Part shown: positions 21,090 to 31,333 of the stretch, one piece after another | How the letters are laid out: the number at the start of each line of letters is the position of its first letter | Position numbering within the stretch: the first letter of the stretch is position 1 | Source: a virus | IMG/VR virus record: IMGVR_UViG_3300044716_000732 | Coordinates: 1-64,000 of that record | Length of the DNA stretch: 64,000 nt | Strand: one strand, 5' to 3' | Program-made: the position numbers and the translations under genes | The notes under the pieces: generated by a model | The model's input: the letters and a program-made list of their open reading frames with translations, nothing else | Database searches by the model: none | Told to the model about the DNA's origin: nothing

Positions 21090-21594
21090 TTTTGTTTTTG
21101 ATGATGGGTGATATTTTATTTTCAAATGCTTCATCTATAAGTTGCTTCTGTTTTTTTCTGCTGCTTATTTCTGAAACATTTATAACGAAAAAAGAATATT
21201 CCATATCAGATAATTCTTTAAATTTTAAACTATCTTTAAGTTTAACATCTTCAAGTTTTTTTTCTCCGAAAATAGGAAAATAATGAATAGGCCCATTGAC
21301 TTCTATGGCTAAAGATATTTCTGGAATGCAAATATCTATTTCAAGACCAGAAGATAATGTTTGCCTATCTGATTGAATGATCTTTAAAAAAGAGAATTCA
21401 TTCTCTATTTTAGAATAAAGATAATCTTCTGGAAAACTTATATTTCTTTTACAACCTTTATTGATATGGAAATTTTTATTAAAATATCTCATACGACAAG
21501 ATTTACTACAAAATCTTTTATTGTGTTTGGTTTTATTGTGTTTTCTATCTTTTAGAGGTTTAAAAAGTATATTACATTCTGGACAATTTATCAT
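21040..21594 (-). CDS. PD-(D/E)XK (Vsr/DUF559-like) putative homing endonuclease with N-terminal zinc finger
   Basis: CPEC...FCSKSC; LEIDICIPEISLAIEVNGPIHY; antisense within the tRNA cluster. Confidence 0.75.
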   Translation of the reverse strand: MINCPECNILFKPLKDRKHNKTKHNKRFCSKSCRMRYFNKNFHINKGCKRNISFPEDYLYSKIENEFSFLKIIQSDRQTLSSGLEIDICIPEISLAIEVNGPIHYFPIFGEKKLEDVKLKDSLKFKELSDMEYSFFVINVSEISSRKKQKQLIDEAFENKISPIIKNKIAEEGIEPSRRKGGAL

Positions 21595-21643
21595 ATGCTT
21601 ATGAATACTTACACTTACCATAAGCATTGTTTGAAATTTTTAT

Positions 21644-21726
21644 TCCTCGTTAGTAGAATTGGTAAATACACGGGACTGTTAATCCCGCGCAGCAATGCAC
21701 TCTTGGTTCAAGTCCAAGACGAGGAG
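21644..21726 (+). tRNA. tRNA-Asn(GTT) with long variable arm
   Basis: TCCTCGT/ACGAGGA; CGGGA-CTGTTAA-TCCCG; V-arm GCA-GCAA-TGC; G73. Confidence 0.9.
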
Positions 21727-21746
21727 CATCTTACAAAAGATAAAAA

Positions 21747-21776
21747 GGTTCTCGATGAGCCAGATAAAAAAATCGA
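21747..21776 (+). ncRNA. H-type pseudoknot element, copy 2
   Basis: GGTTC TCGAT GAGCC ... ATCGA (compensatory change relative to copy 1). Confidence 0.6.
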
Positions 21777-21785
21777 AAATATCTC

Positions 21786-21814
21786 TTGACCTTTTTAGAA
21801 ACAGGTGATAAGAT
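21786..21814 (+). promoter_or_regulatory. sigma70-type promoter for the second tRNA block
   Basis: TTGACC-17bp-TAAGAT with extended TG. Confidence 0.65.
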
Positions 21815-21892
21815 GGTGGAAGATTAGTAAAGGTTATCTGAACCTTGTAAAAACAATCAGAAAAGATTTTTGATAGAATTTGTATATTGTCT

Positions 21893-21978
21893 GACGATAT
21901 GGTGTAATGGCAGCCACAAGGGTCTTAAAAACCCTTGCTCGTAAGAGCGTGAGAGTTCGAGTCTCTCTATCGTCACCA
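21893..21978 (+). tRNA. tRNA-Leu(TAA)
   Basis: GACGATA/TATCGTC-A-CCA; AGGGT-CTTAAAA-ACCCT; long V arm. Confidence 0.95.
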
Positions 21979-21988
21979 GTTTTAAAAA

Positions 21989-22082
21989 GGGAGGTTAGTG
22001 TAATTGGAAGCACCGACAGACTTATAATCTGTGTTCCATAGATGTTGGACGAGCATGGGTTCGATTCCCATACCTCCTTCCA
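21989..22082 (+). tRNA. tRNA with TAT anticodon (nominal Ile), long variable arm, U73
   Basis: GGGAGGT/ACCTCCT-T-CCA; ACAGA-CTTATAA-TCTGT; ATGGG-TTCGATT-CCCAT. Confidence 0.85.
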
Positions 22083-22105
22083 CTTTGTAAATAGTTAATT
22101 TAGAC

Positions 22106-22178
<73 letters not shown>

Positions 22179-22184
22179 GATTTT

Positions 22185-22260
22185 GTATCGGTGGCGCAAT
22201 GGATAGCGCAAGCGGTTTCTACCCGTTAGGTTGGGGGTTCAAGTCCCTCCCGATACGCCA
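22185..22260 (+). tRNA. tRNA-Arg(TCT)
   Basis: GTATCGG/CCGATAC-G-CCA; AGCGG-TTTCTAC-CCGTT. Confidence 0.95.
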
Positions 22261-22645
22261 ACTACGTATTTCCCCCCATTTTATTTTCTCCCCCATCGAA
22301 TATCTTGTTCTTCTATGAAAACAAGAATCGCACTTCATCTTTGTTGTTTGATACGCAAGCCTAAAAATTGGAAATTTTATGTTTGCGGAATAGCAAGAGA
22401 ATTCTTTAAAAAATAAAAGTTCTTAGTTTTGTATGACAATAGAAATAAACCTTGACAGAAATCAAAAACTTGATCTCAGAGTTTTGTATGACAAAAGAAA
22501 AAAACCTTGACAAAAAAATTTCTGTTGATCTAAAAGTTTTGTATGACAATAGAAAAAAATAAAAATAATTCTTGCACTACATAGAAACCTATGAGAGAGT
22601 GATTGCGTTCAAACGAACAAGAAACAAACCAACCAAACCAAACCA

Positions 22646-24643
22646 ATGATTATTCAAGATAAAGAAACCACTATCGAGCAGATCGGAACAATTCAAGACG
22701 AGGCGCAATTCAAGATGCGGAATAGCCAGAAGGCATTCCAGATTCTTTCCAGTCTGTATTCCGATAAACCTCTCGCAATCGTTCGTGAACTCGGTTGCAA
22801 TGCAATGGATTCCCACATTGCTTCTGGTCAACCCAATCTTCCATTTGCGGTTCATATTCCAAATACTTTAGAACCTTGGTTGACAATCCAAGATTTCGGC
22901 ACAGGCATCTCCCATGAGAATATCTACGAAATCTATTCGGTATATTTCGCCAGCACAAAAACCAACACCAACACCCAAGTTGGTATGCTCGGTCTTGGTA
23001 GCAAGTCTCCCTTCTGCTATACGGACAACTTCACGATCACTTCGATTCACAATCAAGTCAAGCGTATCTACAATGCTTACTTCAATCAGACTGGTATGCC
23101 CACAATCTCTCTGGCATCACAGGAGAATACGAAGGATGCAAACGGAGTCGCAATTCAGATTCCAATTAAGAACTCTGACATTGGAAACTTCCACGCTGCT
23201 GTCTTCAAGGCATTCCGTTTCTTTGATGTCAAGCCAATCATCACAGGTGATTCTATTAACTGGACAGACAAGGCAAACTTTGAGGGAACATTCTGGAAAA
23301 GCTATTCCAATCTCAATAGTTCTTATGCTGTCATGGGGGGAGTCACATATCCTATCGACATATACAAAGTCGATGCTGACCACTACGACATCGTTCGCAA
23401 AGCAGGACTGGTGATTCACTTCAACATTGGGGAACTCGATGTCACTCCTTCCCGCGAATCCCTCATGTATCACGATTGGGTTGTCAAGGCAATCAACGAC
23501 AAAATTGCTCTTGTCAAGAAGGATTTCGTTACCAAGGTTGAAGATCAAATCAAGAACTCACCGAACCTTCTGGATGCGGTGAAGGCACTCTACCTCTTGA
23601 GCAACCAATGGAGTTTCCTCAATTCCACTTTGATTAACGGAAAGGTATTGTGGAACAAGGTCGAGATCACCGATCCTCGAAAATCAATCAAAGCTATCTG
23701 TCAAGATACATTCCAATCTCTTTCTAAAACAAGATGGGGAAGGTCAAAAATCGCTGTATCTGGATATGCGGATTTGAGCAACAATGCTCTCTGGTATTAC
23801 GATGACCTCAAACGAGGATCACATAAACGAGTGACAACCTTCATTCGTGGACATTCCAATTCGGATATTTCAATCAATCTGGTGGATGAAAAGTCGATGA
23901 AGGATTTGATCAAATCTGGATTCCCTGCATCCACATTCATTCCAACTTCCACTCTCCCTGCCATTGCAAGTGGTAGCAGAAAAGGAAGCATCAAGAACAG
24001 CAAGCCAAAAGGATTTATCAATCTCTACTCTATGGGTTCTACATATCAGTCCTCTTGGGAATCCAATAGCTTCGACCTCGCTACTGGCACAGCACCCAAG
24101 TATTATGTTGTCAAGGATGTTTCTACTTGGAAGTTTGACCGCATGGAACTCAACACAACCGATGGTAAAAAACTGATGACGATTGAAAACAAGTCAACTC
24201 TAAATGATTTCTGTCAGTATGCAGGAATAAGCATTGACGATGTTCGCATGGTAGCAAAAAACAATGCGAAATTCCTTGACACACTTGGAAGCACCAACCT
24301 CGCAGATGTTGTCAAGAAAAAACAACCCAAACTTTCTTGGGACACAATTCAGATTGCAAAGCATATCGAATTTAGAACAGCACTCAATGTATCGAAGAAT
24401 AGTTTGTATTCCAAAATCTCCGACACAAATCCATTCAAGATTTTTGTTGACAGCATTCTTGAAATCAAGAAGGAGATCGGAAAACTGGAAAATGTCCTCC
24501 GACATATTTCTTCCGAGGAACGAAAAAATGTTTTGACATATCCTTCAAAGATGGTAGAGTTATTTTATCTCTCCTGTGAAAGTTGGCAGGTGGGAGTCGA
24601 GATGACGCTTAATGCGATTCTCGAAACAGAGAAAACCAACTAA
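22646..24643 (+). CDS. rIIA: rIIA protein (GHKL/HATPase N-terminal domain)
   Basis: LYSDKPLAIVRELGCNAMDSH, DFGTGI, STK, GMLGLGSKSPF, LDVTPSRESL; directly upstream of rIIB. Confidence 0.92.
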   Translation: MIIQDKETTIEQIGTIQDEAQFKMRNSQKAFQILSSLYSDKPLAIVRELGCNAMDSHIASGQPNLPFAVHIPNTLEPWLTIQDFGTGISHENIYEIYSVYFASTKTNTNTQVGMLGLGSKSPFCYTDNFTITSIHNQVKRIYNAYFNQTGMPTISLASQENTKDANGVAIQIPIKNSDIGNFHAAVFKAFRFFDVKPIITGDSINWTDKANFEGTFWKSYSNLNSSYAVMGGVTYPIDIYKVDADHYDIVRKAGLVIHFNIGELDVTPSRESLMYHDWVVKAINDKIALVKKDFVTKVEDQIKNSPNLLDAVKALYLLSNQWSFLNSTLINGKVLWNKVEITDPRKSIKAICQDTFQSLSKTRWGRSKIAVSGYADLSNNALWYYDDLKRGSHKRVTTFIRGHSNSDISINLVDEKSMKDLIKSGFPASTFIPTSTLPAIASGSRKGSIKNSKPKGFINLYSMGSTYQSSWESNSFDLATGTAPKYYVVKDVSTWKFDRMELNTTDGKKLMTIENKSTLNDFCQYAGISIDDVRMVAKNNAKFLDTLGSTNLADVVKKKQPKLSWDTIQIAKHIEFRTALNVSKNSLYSKISDTNPFKIFVDSILEIKKEIGKLENVLRHISSEERKNVLTYPSKMVELFYLSCESWQVGVEMTLNAILETEKTN

Positions 24644-24675
24644 AACAAACCAAGTAGTAAATAGAAAATAATAGT

Positions 24676-25650
24676 ATGGACAATACAACCACACAAGCAG
24701 CAGTCATCATCACAGGTAGCGGCAAGATCGCCGCTACCATCAACGGACAATCCTACACGATTGACACCGATCACCCGAAATACCAACTGGCACTCGATTC
24801 GGTTCGTAACAAGAAATGGAATCGTTTTGTCGATCTGGTCAACATCAGCAAGCAGGTTCAAGAATACTTTGAGGGAACGGATGCAGAGATCAAAGATGGT
24901 TCAATCAACTATCATGGTCAGATCATTCACAACACTCTCACAAAGCGCATTCTCTCCTTCATGCGTGAGGGTCTTCCCCATGAACCACTCTTGAACTTCT
25001 TCAAGAACCTCATGGACAATCCAAGCAAGCGAGCAGTAGATGAACTCTACGACTTCCTTGAAGCAGGAGAACTCCCAATCACCGAGGATGGTCACTTCCT
25101 CGCCTTCAAGAATGTTCGATCCAATTACTTCGACATTCATTCTGGCAAGTTCGACAACTCTGTGGGCAAGGTATGCGAGATGCCTCGCAATGGAGTTGAC
25201 GAGGACAAGGAACGCACCTGTTCCTATGGACTCCACTTCTGTTCGATCAAGTATCTTCCTCACTTCTCCGATGGGGAGAATGGCAAGACAATGATCGTCA
25301 AGATCAATCCCCGCGATGTAGTGGCGATTCCAGCAGACTACGAGAACACCAAGGGTCGCACTTGCCGATACGAAGTAATTGCAGAATACAAAGATGACTG
25401 GCGTTCTAAACTCAATCGGAATGAATCTGGTTGGGACTCCGAACTCTATTCCTCCGATGGTGGAGACTATGAGATTGACGAACTGGATGAGCTTGACGAG
25501 AACGAGAACGAGAACGATTGCTCCTTCTCCAACGATTGCGATGAGAACCATTGCTTCTGTCAAGACAAAGGTTATGGCTACAAACCAAGTGGTCACAAGT
25601 TCCACAATGTTCGTGGACAAGACGGAAAGTTTGTCAAGAAAAATTGGTAA
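24676..25650 (+). CDS. rIIB: rIIB protein
   Basis: NPSKRAVDELYDFL, ITEDGHFLAFK, CSYGLHFCS, VKINPRDVVAIP..Y...KGRTCRYEV. Confidence 0.92.
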   Translation: MDNTTTQAAVIITGSGKIAATINGQSYTIDTDHPKYQLALDSVRNKKWNRFVDLVNISKQVQEYFEGTDAEIKDGSINYHGQIIHNTLTKRILSFMREGLPHEPLLNFFKNLMDNPSKRAVDELYDFLEAGELPITEDGHFLAFKNVRSNYFDIHSGKFDNSVGKVCEMPRNGVDEDKERTCSYGLHFCSIKYLPHFSDGENGKTMIVKINPRDVVAIPADYENTKGRTCRYEVIAEYKDDWRSKLNRNESGWDSELYSSDGGDYEIDELDELDENENENDCSFSNDCDENHCFCQDKGYGYKPSGHKFHNVRGQDGKFVKKNW

Positions 25651-25711
25651 GGTGGTTGGTCAAGGCGAGAGGGGTGGTTCCCTCTCGCCAAACCACATAA
25701 GAAATATCAAT

Positions 25712-26179
25712 ATGGAAAACGAAGAAACACCGAAACCTATTTCCATGAAGAGTGCTCTTGTAGTGGTGGTATCTCTTCATGCCGTTGCCTTATTCGGAAT
25801 AATATATTTTTCTTCTATCAAGTCATCACAAGCAGAGAGTGATAAAAAATTCTTGACAGAGGACAAGTATGCAGGGGTTGAAGCAACACCGACACCATTG
25901 CCAACACCTGATCCTTCTCCGATAGATCAGATACCACCAAAGCAAGCATGGCCTACTGAAAATGTAAAACAAGAACTCAAGACATGGCCGAACACCAAGA
26001 AGGCAATACCTGTTGTTCAAAGTAATTCTCACTACACAAAAGAATATGTCGTCAAACGGGGAGACACATTCAATAGTATAGTGAGGAAATACAAACTCAA
26101 TGCAGATAAACTAAAACAAATAAATAAAATCAAAAACGAAAACACAATCCAAGTAGGACAAAAACTAAAACTAATGTAA
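25712..26179 (+). CDS. membrane-anchored LysM-domain protein
   Basis: N-terminal TM helix; C-terminal YVVKRGDT...N.I.VGQKLKL. Confidence 0.85.
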   Translation: MENEETPKPISMKSALVVVVSLHAVALFGIIYFSSIKSSQAESDKKFLTEDKYAGVEATPTPLPTPDPSPIDQIPPKQAWPTENVKQELKTWPNTKKAIPVVQSNSHYTKEYVVKRGDTFNSIVRKYKLNADKLKQINKIKNENTIQVGQKLKLM

Positions 26180-26181
26180 TT

Positions 26182-26367
26182 ATGAAACATATCGCAACAC
26201 TCACTCTCATCCTCTTCAAAGAACAAAACCTCTACGCATATGAGTATGATGACCAGAACGGGAATATGCAGATCGAATATGGATTCACATCAGTAGGGGA
26301 TGCTCTCAACGGAGCATTCAAAAGGCTAAAGACTTTCACGGTCTTGCCTGATGTAGAGTCAAGGTAA
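26182..26367 (+). CDS. hypothetical protein
   Basis: ORF in operon. Confidence 0.55.
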   Translation: MKHIATLTLILFKEQNLYAYEYDDQNGNMQIEYGFTSVGDALNGAFKRLKTFTVLPDVESR

Positions 26368-26479
26368 TTTTCTTTTGTCATACAAAACTATGGCTACAAA
26401 GAAACGGTTGACTCGAAAAAAGCCAACCAATATGGTAGTGGTTCAAACTAAAACGAAACCTCAACTTATTATAAATGCA

Positions 26480-26653
26480 ATGAGTTTAAAACAGAAAGTC
26501 ACGATACATGTAAGCGGTGGAAGGGTCGAGGATATTGTCAAGGAGAATTGTCCAGAATTGAACATAGAGGTTCATGACTACGATATAGGAGACACTGAAG
26601 ATAACCTGCACCAAGACGAGAAAGGAAAAAACTTTCTATGTTTCGAGTTCTAA
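26480..26653 (+). CDS. hypothetical protein, paralog of 17740
   Basis: KVTIHVSGGRVEDI...LNIEVHDYD. Confidence 0.6.
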   Translation: MSLKQKVTIHVSGGRVEDIVKENCPELNIEVHDYDIGDTEDNLHQDEKGKNFLCFEF

Positions 26654-26892
26654 CAATTGGAATATCCTTGACATTGATTGGATGCACCACAGGAAGCAAG
26701 TATAGGTATATTGAAAACCATTATACGAATGTTCAATCCCCTGTTGAATATCCAGTATATGTGGAAACACCAGTCTATAGAGAAAGACCAGTATATCACT
26801 ACGATTCCCGAAGAGCAACCATGGCGGATCTTGGAAAAGCAATGGGAGAAAAAATGCTAAGAAAAATGAGAGCCGCATACAATGAAAATTAA
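26638..26892 (+). CDS. putative lipoprotein
   Basis: hydrophobic N-terminus ending LIGC. Confidence 0.55.
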   Translation: MFRVLTIGISLTLIGCTTGSKYRYIENHYTNVQSPVEYPVYVETPVYRERPVYHYDSRRATMADLGKAMGEKMLRKMRAAYNEN

Positions 26893-27370
26893 TCCATATA
26901 AAATAGGAATGAACTTCTATATTATTCTAATTGTATTTGTTTTCACATTTTTCGGATGCAAAACATTTGAGAAATATGATGAACGAATGAAGATGAAAAA
27001 AATTGCAGAGAGTATCTGGAACACTCCAGACTTGACAAAGAACAAAAAATAATAGACAATAGTAATATGACACAAAATATAAAAACCAGATGGAATCATT
27101 TTGGAGCATCTATTATCTCTGCTTGTGAAGCAGGACATGATATGAGTATTCCATCTTTCCTATTTTTGGGAATCAAATCTTTCATCTTTAATAAGACATA
27201 TCAGTTTAATAGAACATCGTGTCGTAATAGAACATCGTGTTGCAATACCGCGCATGACACATATACACGCGAAGGAATGCCCATTGCAAAGAGGAAACCA
27301 CTAAAGAAGAAACCACTAAAGAAGAAACCACTAAAGAAAGTAAAGACAAAAATCAATTAGATTATTTTAT

Positions 27371-27625
27371 ATGATGAATACAATAGCACAACTACGACGA
27401 AGCGGATACAAGGTAAGGGTTCTACACTCTCGACCAAAGATGTCCATCCAAAAGATCGGTGGAGTAATGACCGAATACAATCCAAAGGGTGGGAATACAA
27501 TCATCGAGGTGACATCACCAGATGGTAGGAATGCAATAGGAGCCTCACAATGCTCCGAGAAAGAATCTTGGAACAGGAAGATGGGAAATCAAATTGCATT
27601 GGGCAGAGCAATGGCACAACTATAA
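27371..27625 (+). CDS. conserved phage protein (PKGG.T...CS....N.K.G..IALGRA family)
   Basis: family motif; terminator follows. Confidence 0.7.
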   Translation: MMNTIAQLRRSGYKVRVLHSRPKMSIQKIGGVMTEYNPKGGNTIIEVTSPDGRNAIGASQCSEKESWNRKMGNQIALGRAMAQL

Positions 27626-27639
27626 AATAGAAACAGAAT

Positions 27640-27678
27640 AAAAAGCGGTTGTATGTTTTGTCATACAACCGCTTTTTT
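27640..27678 (+). terminator. intrinsic terminator whose stem includes the TGTCATACAA motif
   Basis: AAAAAGCGGTTGTATG-TTTTGT-CATACAACCGCTTTTT. Confidence 0.8.
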
Positions 27679-27839
27679 GTCATACAAAACTTGTATTGTC
27701 ATACAAAACCCTCCCTGATAACAGAATACCTTTTGTATGACAAGAGAAAATTGTATTGTCATACAAAACCCAACCCCAAAAAAAATTTGAAAAAGTTCTG
27801 GACACTATTGGAGATTTGGTGTAGATTGGATTCTCAATT

Positions 27840-28037
27840 ATGAAAAAAGTAGAAACAGCAAAACAAATCCTAAAGGAAATCAATTCATACTCTGTCGAAA
27901 TTCGTTGCGGTTTCAAAGATGAAGTCAATAGGATGATGCAACATATTAAAACCAAATCATTTTTAAAACGATTGGAAGAATATATGAAGACATCTGATTA
28001 TGATGAATTGATTGCATGGGCAAGGAACTATCAATAA
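27840..28037 (+). CDS. hypothetical early protein
   Basis: ORF after TGGACA-17-TAGATT. Confidence 0.6.
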   Translation: MKKVETAKQILKEINSYSVEIRCGFKDEVNRMMQHIKTKSFLKRLEEYMKTSDYDELIAWARNYQ

Positions 28038-28045
28038 GTCCCACT

Positions 28046-28252
28046 ATGAGCGAAAACGACAACTCACAAATCGTATTGGGTATCGGAGTTATTCTATTTG
28101 CAATAGGATTGATTCTGATTACACCTTTTCTTCTCATCTGGTCTGTCAATGGATTGTTTGCTTTGGCAATTCAATACACATGGACGAACTGGTTCTATGC
28201 TCTGGTCATCATGCTTCTTGTTAGGGGAAGCGCATCATATACAAAAAAATGA
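28046..28252 (+). CDS. small membrane protein
   Basis: two hydrophobic segments. Confidence 0.65.
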   Translation: MSENDNSQIVLGIGVILFAIGLILITPFLLIWSVNGLFALAIQYTWTNWFYALVIMLLVRGSASYTKK

Positions 28253-28378
28253 AATCATTCATGGTCTATTGCACTCTGGAAACAGAGGAACCCTTCATGG
28301 TGGAAGCAGAAACATTAGAGGAAGCAAAGGATGAAGCACTCAAGGAACTCGGTTGGCACTTGATCGAAAGCGAAGACG

Positions 28379-28774
28379 ATGAAGAAGAAGATTCAATTTG
28401 AATATAATGATGGGGGAAGACATCGAGCAGGATTTAGTGACAAGGTTGGTGATTGCGTAACAAGATCAATTTCCATTCTATTTGGATTTGATTACTTGGA
28501 TGCTCACCAACAAGTCAACATTCTTTTGAAAAGATTCAGCGATGGAAACTCTCTGGTTCCAAATGGAATTACCAACTCGTCAACAAAAAAGTTGATGAAA
28601 CATTTCGGACTTGTTTGGAATCCCACGAATAGTTTTCTGGACATTCCAAGAAAAGGAAAAGTCATTTTGAATTTCCCTCATCATGTGTGTGCAGTCATTG
28701 ATGGAACAATCCATGACACGCATGACAACAGAAATAATTCAAATAGAATTTATGGGTTTTGGAAATTCAAATGA
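28379..28774 (+). CDS. conserved phage protein (NDGGR...GDCVTR...H..AVIDG..HDT; possible Cys-protease-like fold)
   Basis: family motifs. Confidence 0.7.
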   Translation: MKKKIQFEYNDGGRHRAGFSDKVGDCVTRSISILFGFDYLDAHQQVNILLKRFSDGNSLVPNGITNSSTKKLMKHFGLVWNPTNSFLDIPRKGKVILNFPHHVCAVIDGTIHDTHDNRNNSNRIYGFWKFK

Positions 28775-28984
28775 ATTTTCAAAGCGGATGGGTTTTGTAT
28801 GACAGAAGAAAAACCTGTTGACAGAAACAAAAAAGTTGATCTCAGAGTTTTGTATGACAGGAGAAAAAAATAAAACTATTTCATTTTTTTCTATTGACTC
28901 TGAAACGAATTGGATTTAGAGTAGGGATAGTTAGATGAATGGTTCATCTGACGAAACAAACCACATAAAAGAAAGACTACTACT

Positions 28985-30019
28985 ATGGCACATATGATTG
29001 AAGAAAACATCGACCTCGTTTATTCCGTTGAAGGAACCGAATGGCATGGACTGGCACAAGTCCGCGAGGAGATCACCGAAACTGAGTTCGCTACTCTCTC
29101 CCATGAGATCATCGAATCACCTGTCACTTGTCAAGTTGAGGGACAAACTATCGCACTTCCCAACCACAAAATCCTTGTGGCAGATATGCGCCAGTCTCGT
29201 CCTGACTTGGAAGCGGACAAGCAGTTCGTTCCACTTCATGTTCCCAAGACTGGTTACAAGGTCATCAATAATCGTGAGGTGATCGAGTGCATGAAGGAAT
29301 CATTTGCTGGATTGGATGTTAAAATCACTACCGCTGGCACTCTGGAAGGTGCGAAGAAGTTCTTCGTATCGGTTGACATTGGTGACTCTGACCTCATCAT
29401 CAACAAGGACAGCTTCAAGGCTTATGTGAACTTCATCACTGGTCATGATGGCACTCTGGCGATGACTGCTTATGATAGTGTAATCCGAATCGTCTGCATG
29501 AACACGCTGATGGCAAGCCGTCAAGCCGCTGGCGAGGTTGGATTCTCGGTCTATCATACCAAGAATGCAGACTTGGCAATGAAGAACCTTCCCGAATTGT
29601 TCAACGCTATTCTCAAAGGACGCGCTAACTTGAAGGAAGTGATGGAGTATCTGGAGAGCAACAAGTGCGACCACAATGATGCTCTGGCAATGGCAGCAGG
29701 TTACTTCTGCTTAGAGACAGACAAAGCGGAACTCTCCACTCGCGCCATGAATGCCGCCCAAGGTATCGCAACCTTGTTCAGCAGGGGCATTGGTAACAAA
29801 GGCGAGACTCTGTATGATCTGGCTAACGGAGCAACAGAATACTATACCAGCGGAGAAGGAACGGGCAAGGGTAAGACTTCTCTCGCGGATCGAACATATC
29901 GTTCAGTCATGGGTAGTGCAGCAACTCACAAAGAAGCGTTTGTGGCAATGCTGGCAAATGAAGATCGTAGGAAAGATGCCCTGCGACTTGGCAAGCAAGC
30001 TCTCGCACTTGCAAGCTAA
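28985..30019 (+). CDS. DUF932/DUF945-like phage/plasmid protein
   Basis: MAH...WHGL, GHDG, IRIVCMNT, HTKN, YDLANGATEY. Confidence 0.85.
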   Translation: MAHMIEENIDLVYSVEGTEWHGLAQVREEITETEFATLSHEIIESPVTCQVEGQTIALPNHKILVADMRQSRPDLEADKQFVPLHVPKTGYKVINNREVIECMKESFAGLDVKITTAGTLEGAKKFFVSVDIGDSDLIINKDSFKAYVNFITGHDGTLAMTAYDSVIRIVCMNTLMASRQAAGEVGFSVYHTKNADLAMKNLPELFNAILKGRANLKEVMEYLESNKCDHNDALAMAAGYFCLETDKAELSTRAMNAAQGIATLFSRGIGNKGETLYDLANGATEYYTSGEGTGKGKTSLADRTYRSVMGSAATHKEAFVAMLANEDRRKDALRLGKQALALAS

Positions 30020-30033
30020 AGAGGTATAAACAA

Positions 30034-30064
30034 AACCCCCACTCGAAAGAGTGGGGGTTTTGTT
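30034..30064. terminator. bidirectional terminator with GAAA tetraloop
   Basis: CCCCACTC-GAAA-GAGTGGGG flanked by A and T tracts between convergent genes. Confidence 0.85.
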
Positions 30065-30069
30065 ATCTA

Positions 30070-30555
30070 TTACTTTGTATTGTATTGTTTTACTTTATTT
30101 CCTTTAGATAAATTTTCTTTCCACCATAAAGGCTGTAGATTTTTATAGTGAAAGCATTTTTTTTGTTGTTCTGGATCGGTAAGATCAAAAGAAGAACAAG
30201 GTATAATATGATCTATATGCCATCCATGATTTCCATGATTTTCCCATGACATTCCTTCTTTGAATTGAGACTCTATGTGTGATCTTGCGTCTTCTAAAGT
30301 TCCACCCAAAAGATCCATCGTGTTACATGATTTGATCGACTTTTGTTCTTTCAAAACTCTTAACATTCTATGTCTTAATAATTCTCTCATTTTGAAGTCT
30401 GGATCGTTCCTTTTTCTGTTTCTTTGATATGCGTTTATTTTGTCTCTATTATTATCTCTATATCGTTTTGCTCTAATTAGAATTTTCTCTTTATTGTTTT
30501 CGTAGTTTTTATAGTAAGATTTCAATCTTTGTTGTTTTCTTTTTTCGGTGTCCAT
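30070..30555 (-). CDS. HNH homing endonuclease (WHIDHI..C..FDL...CFHY.NLQPLW family), copy 1
   Basis: motif; the true ATG is at 30555, and the longer ORF merely reads through regulatory repeats. Confidence 0.85.
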   Translation of the reverse strand: MDTEKRKQQRLKSYYKNYENNKEKILIRAKRYRDNNRDKINAYQRNRKRNDPDFKMRELLRHRMLRVLKEQKSIKSCNTMDLLGGTLEDARSHIESQFKEGMSWENHGNHGWHIDHIIPCSSFDLTDPEQQKKCFHYKNLQPLWWKENLSKGNKVKQYNTK

Positions 30556-30789
30556 ATATGTCCAATACTTATTATAGTATATTACAATATCACATAATTT
30601 ATTTCTTTTGTCATACAAAACCTGTTGCAATAGAACATCGTGTAAAAATAGAACATGGTGTTGCAATACCGCGAGTGCGTATGTGCGTATTGTCATACAA
30701 AACCATGAATTGTAGAGTTTTGTATGACGGAAAAAATAGTTGAAAATAGATATTGCAATAAAATCAAAATCAATTAGATTGAAAGTCCA

Positions 30790-30981
30790 ATGAAAGCAAT
30801 ACACTTCACAGCTAACAGCAATTGCCAAACCTATCCAACATCTCAAAGCAACCAAATCACGAAAGATTATTATCATTTTTTGGTTGGTGAAATCAATCGC
30901 AATGTTATTAAAAAAGTAGTTTGCAGAGTCGAAGATGATCGGTTTGGAAAAATTTCCCATTACTTGGTGTCCGAAAGATAA
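30790..30981 (+). CDS. hypothetical early protein (single-gene cassette)
   Basis: between a motif-promoter and a terminator. Confidence 0.55.
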   Translation: MKAIHFTANSNCQTYPTSQSNQITKDYYHFLVGEINRNVIKKVVCRVEDDRFGKISHYLVSER

Positions 30982-31043
30982 TCAACCTTTACAATAATCT
31001 CCCCACAGAATTATTCCAATATAATTATTGACTTGTAAAACAA

Positions 31044-31075
31044 AAAGAGGGAGTCGAAAGACTCCCTCTTTTTTT
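31044..31075 (+). terminator. intrinsic terminator GGGAGTC-GAAA-GACTCCC, copy 1
   Basis: the same hairpin recurs near 32297 and 34717. Confidence 0.85.
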
Positions 31076-31333
31076 GTCATACAAAACTGGTAGAATTGTA
31101 TTGTCATACAAAACCCTCTATCACAGCACATTGCATTTCGTATGACAAGACAAACTTGTATTGTCATACAAAACCTCCTCCCCCCCCATAACCCCCTGTT
31201 CTTGAGTTCTTTGGGTTTTGTATGACAGGAAAAATAGTTGAAAATTTCTCTTCCAAAATAATCCAAATGGAATAACTTGGTTTCAGTCGAAAGCACGATG
31301 CCGACGATGACCAAACCAAAAACCACTACTACC

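Noticed and set aside
22589-25620. Long antisense and alternate-frame ORFs over rIIA/rIIB (e.g. 24901..25620)
   Set aside because: Expected from the strong codon bias of the real genes; no motifs
27067-27360. 97-aa ORF containing the 15-bp repeat AAGAAACCACTAAAG (three copies, first imperfect)
   Set aside because: It reads through motif-2 repeats and low-complexity sequence; coding status is unsupported
30556-30960. N-terminal extension of the 296-aa HNH ORF, and similar CHTK/SYKT-containing ORFs
   Set aside because: They are translations of the regulatory repeats
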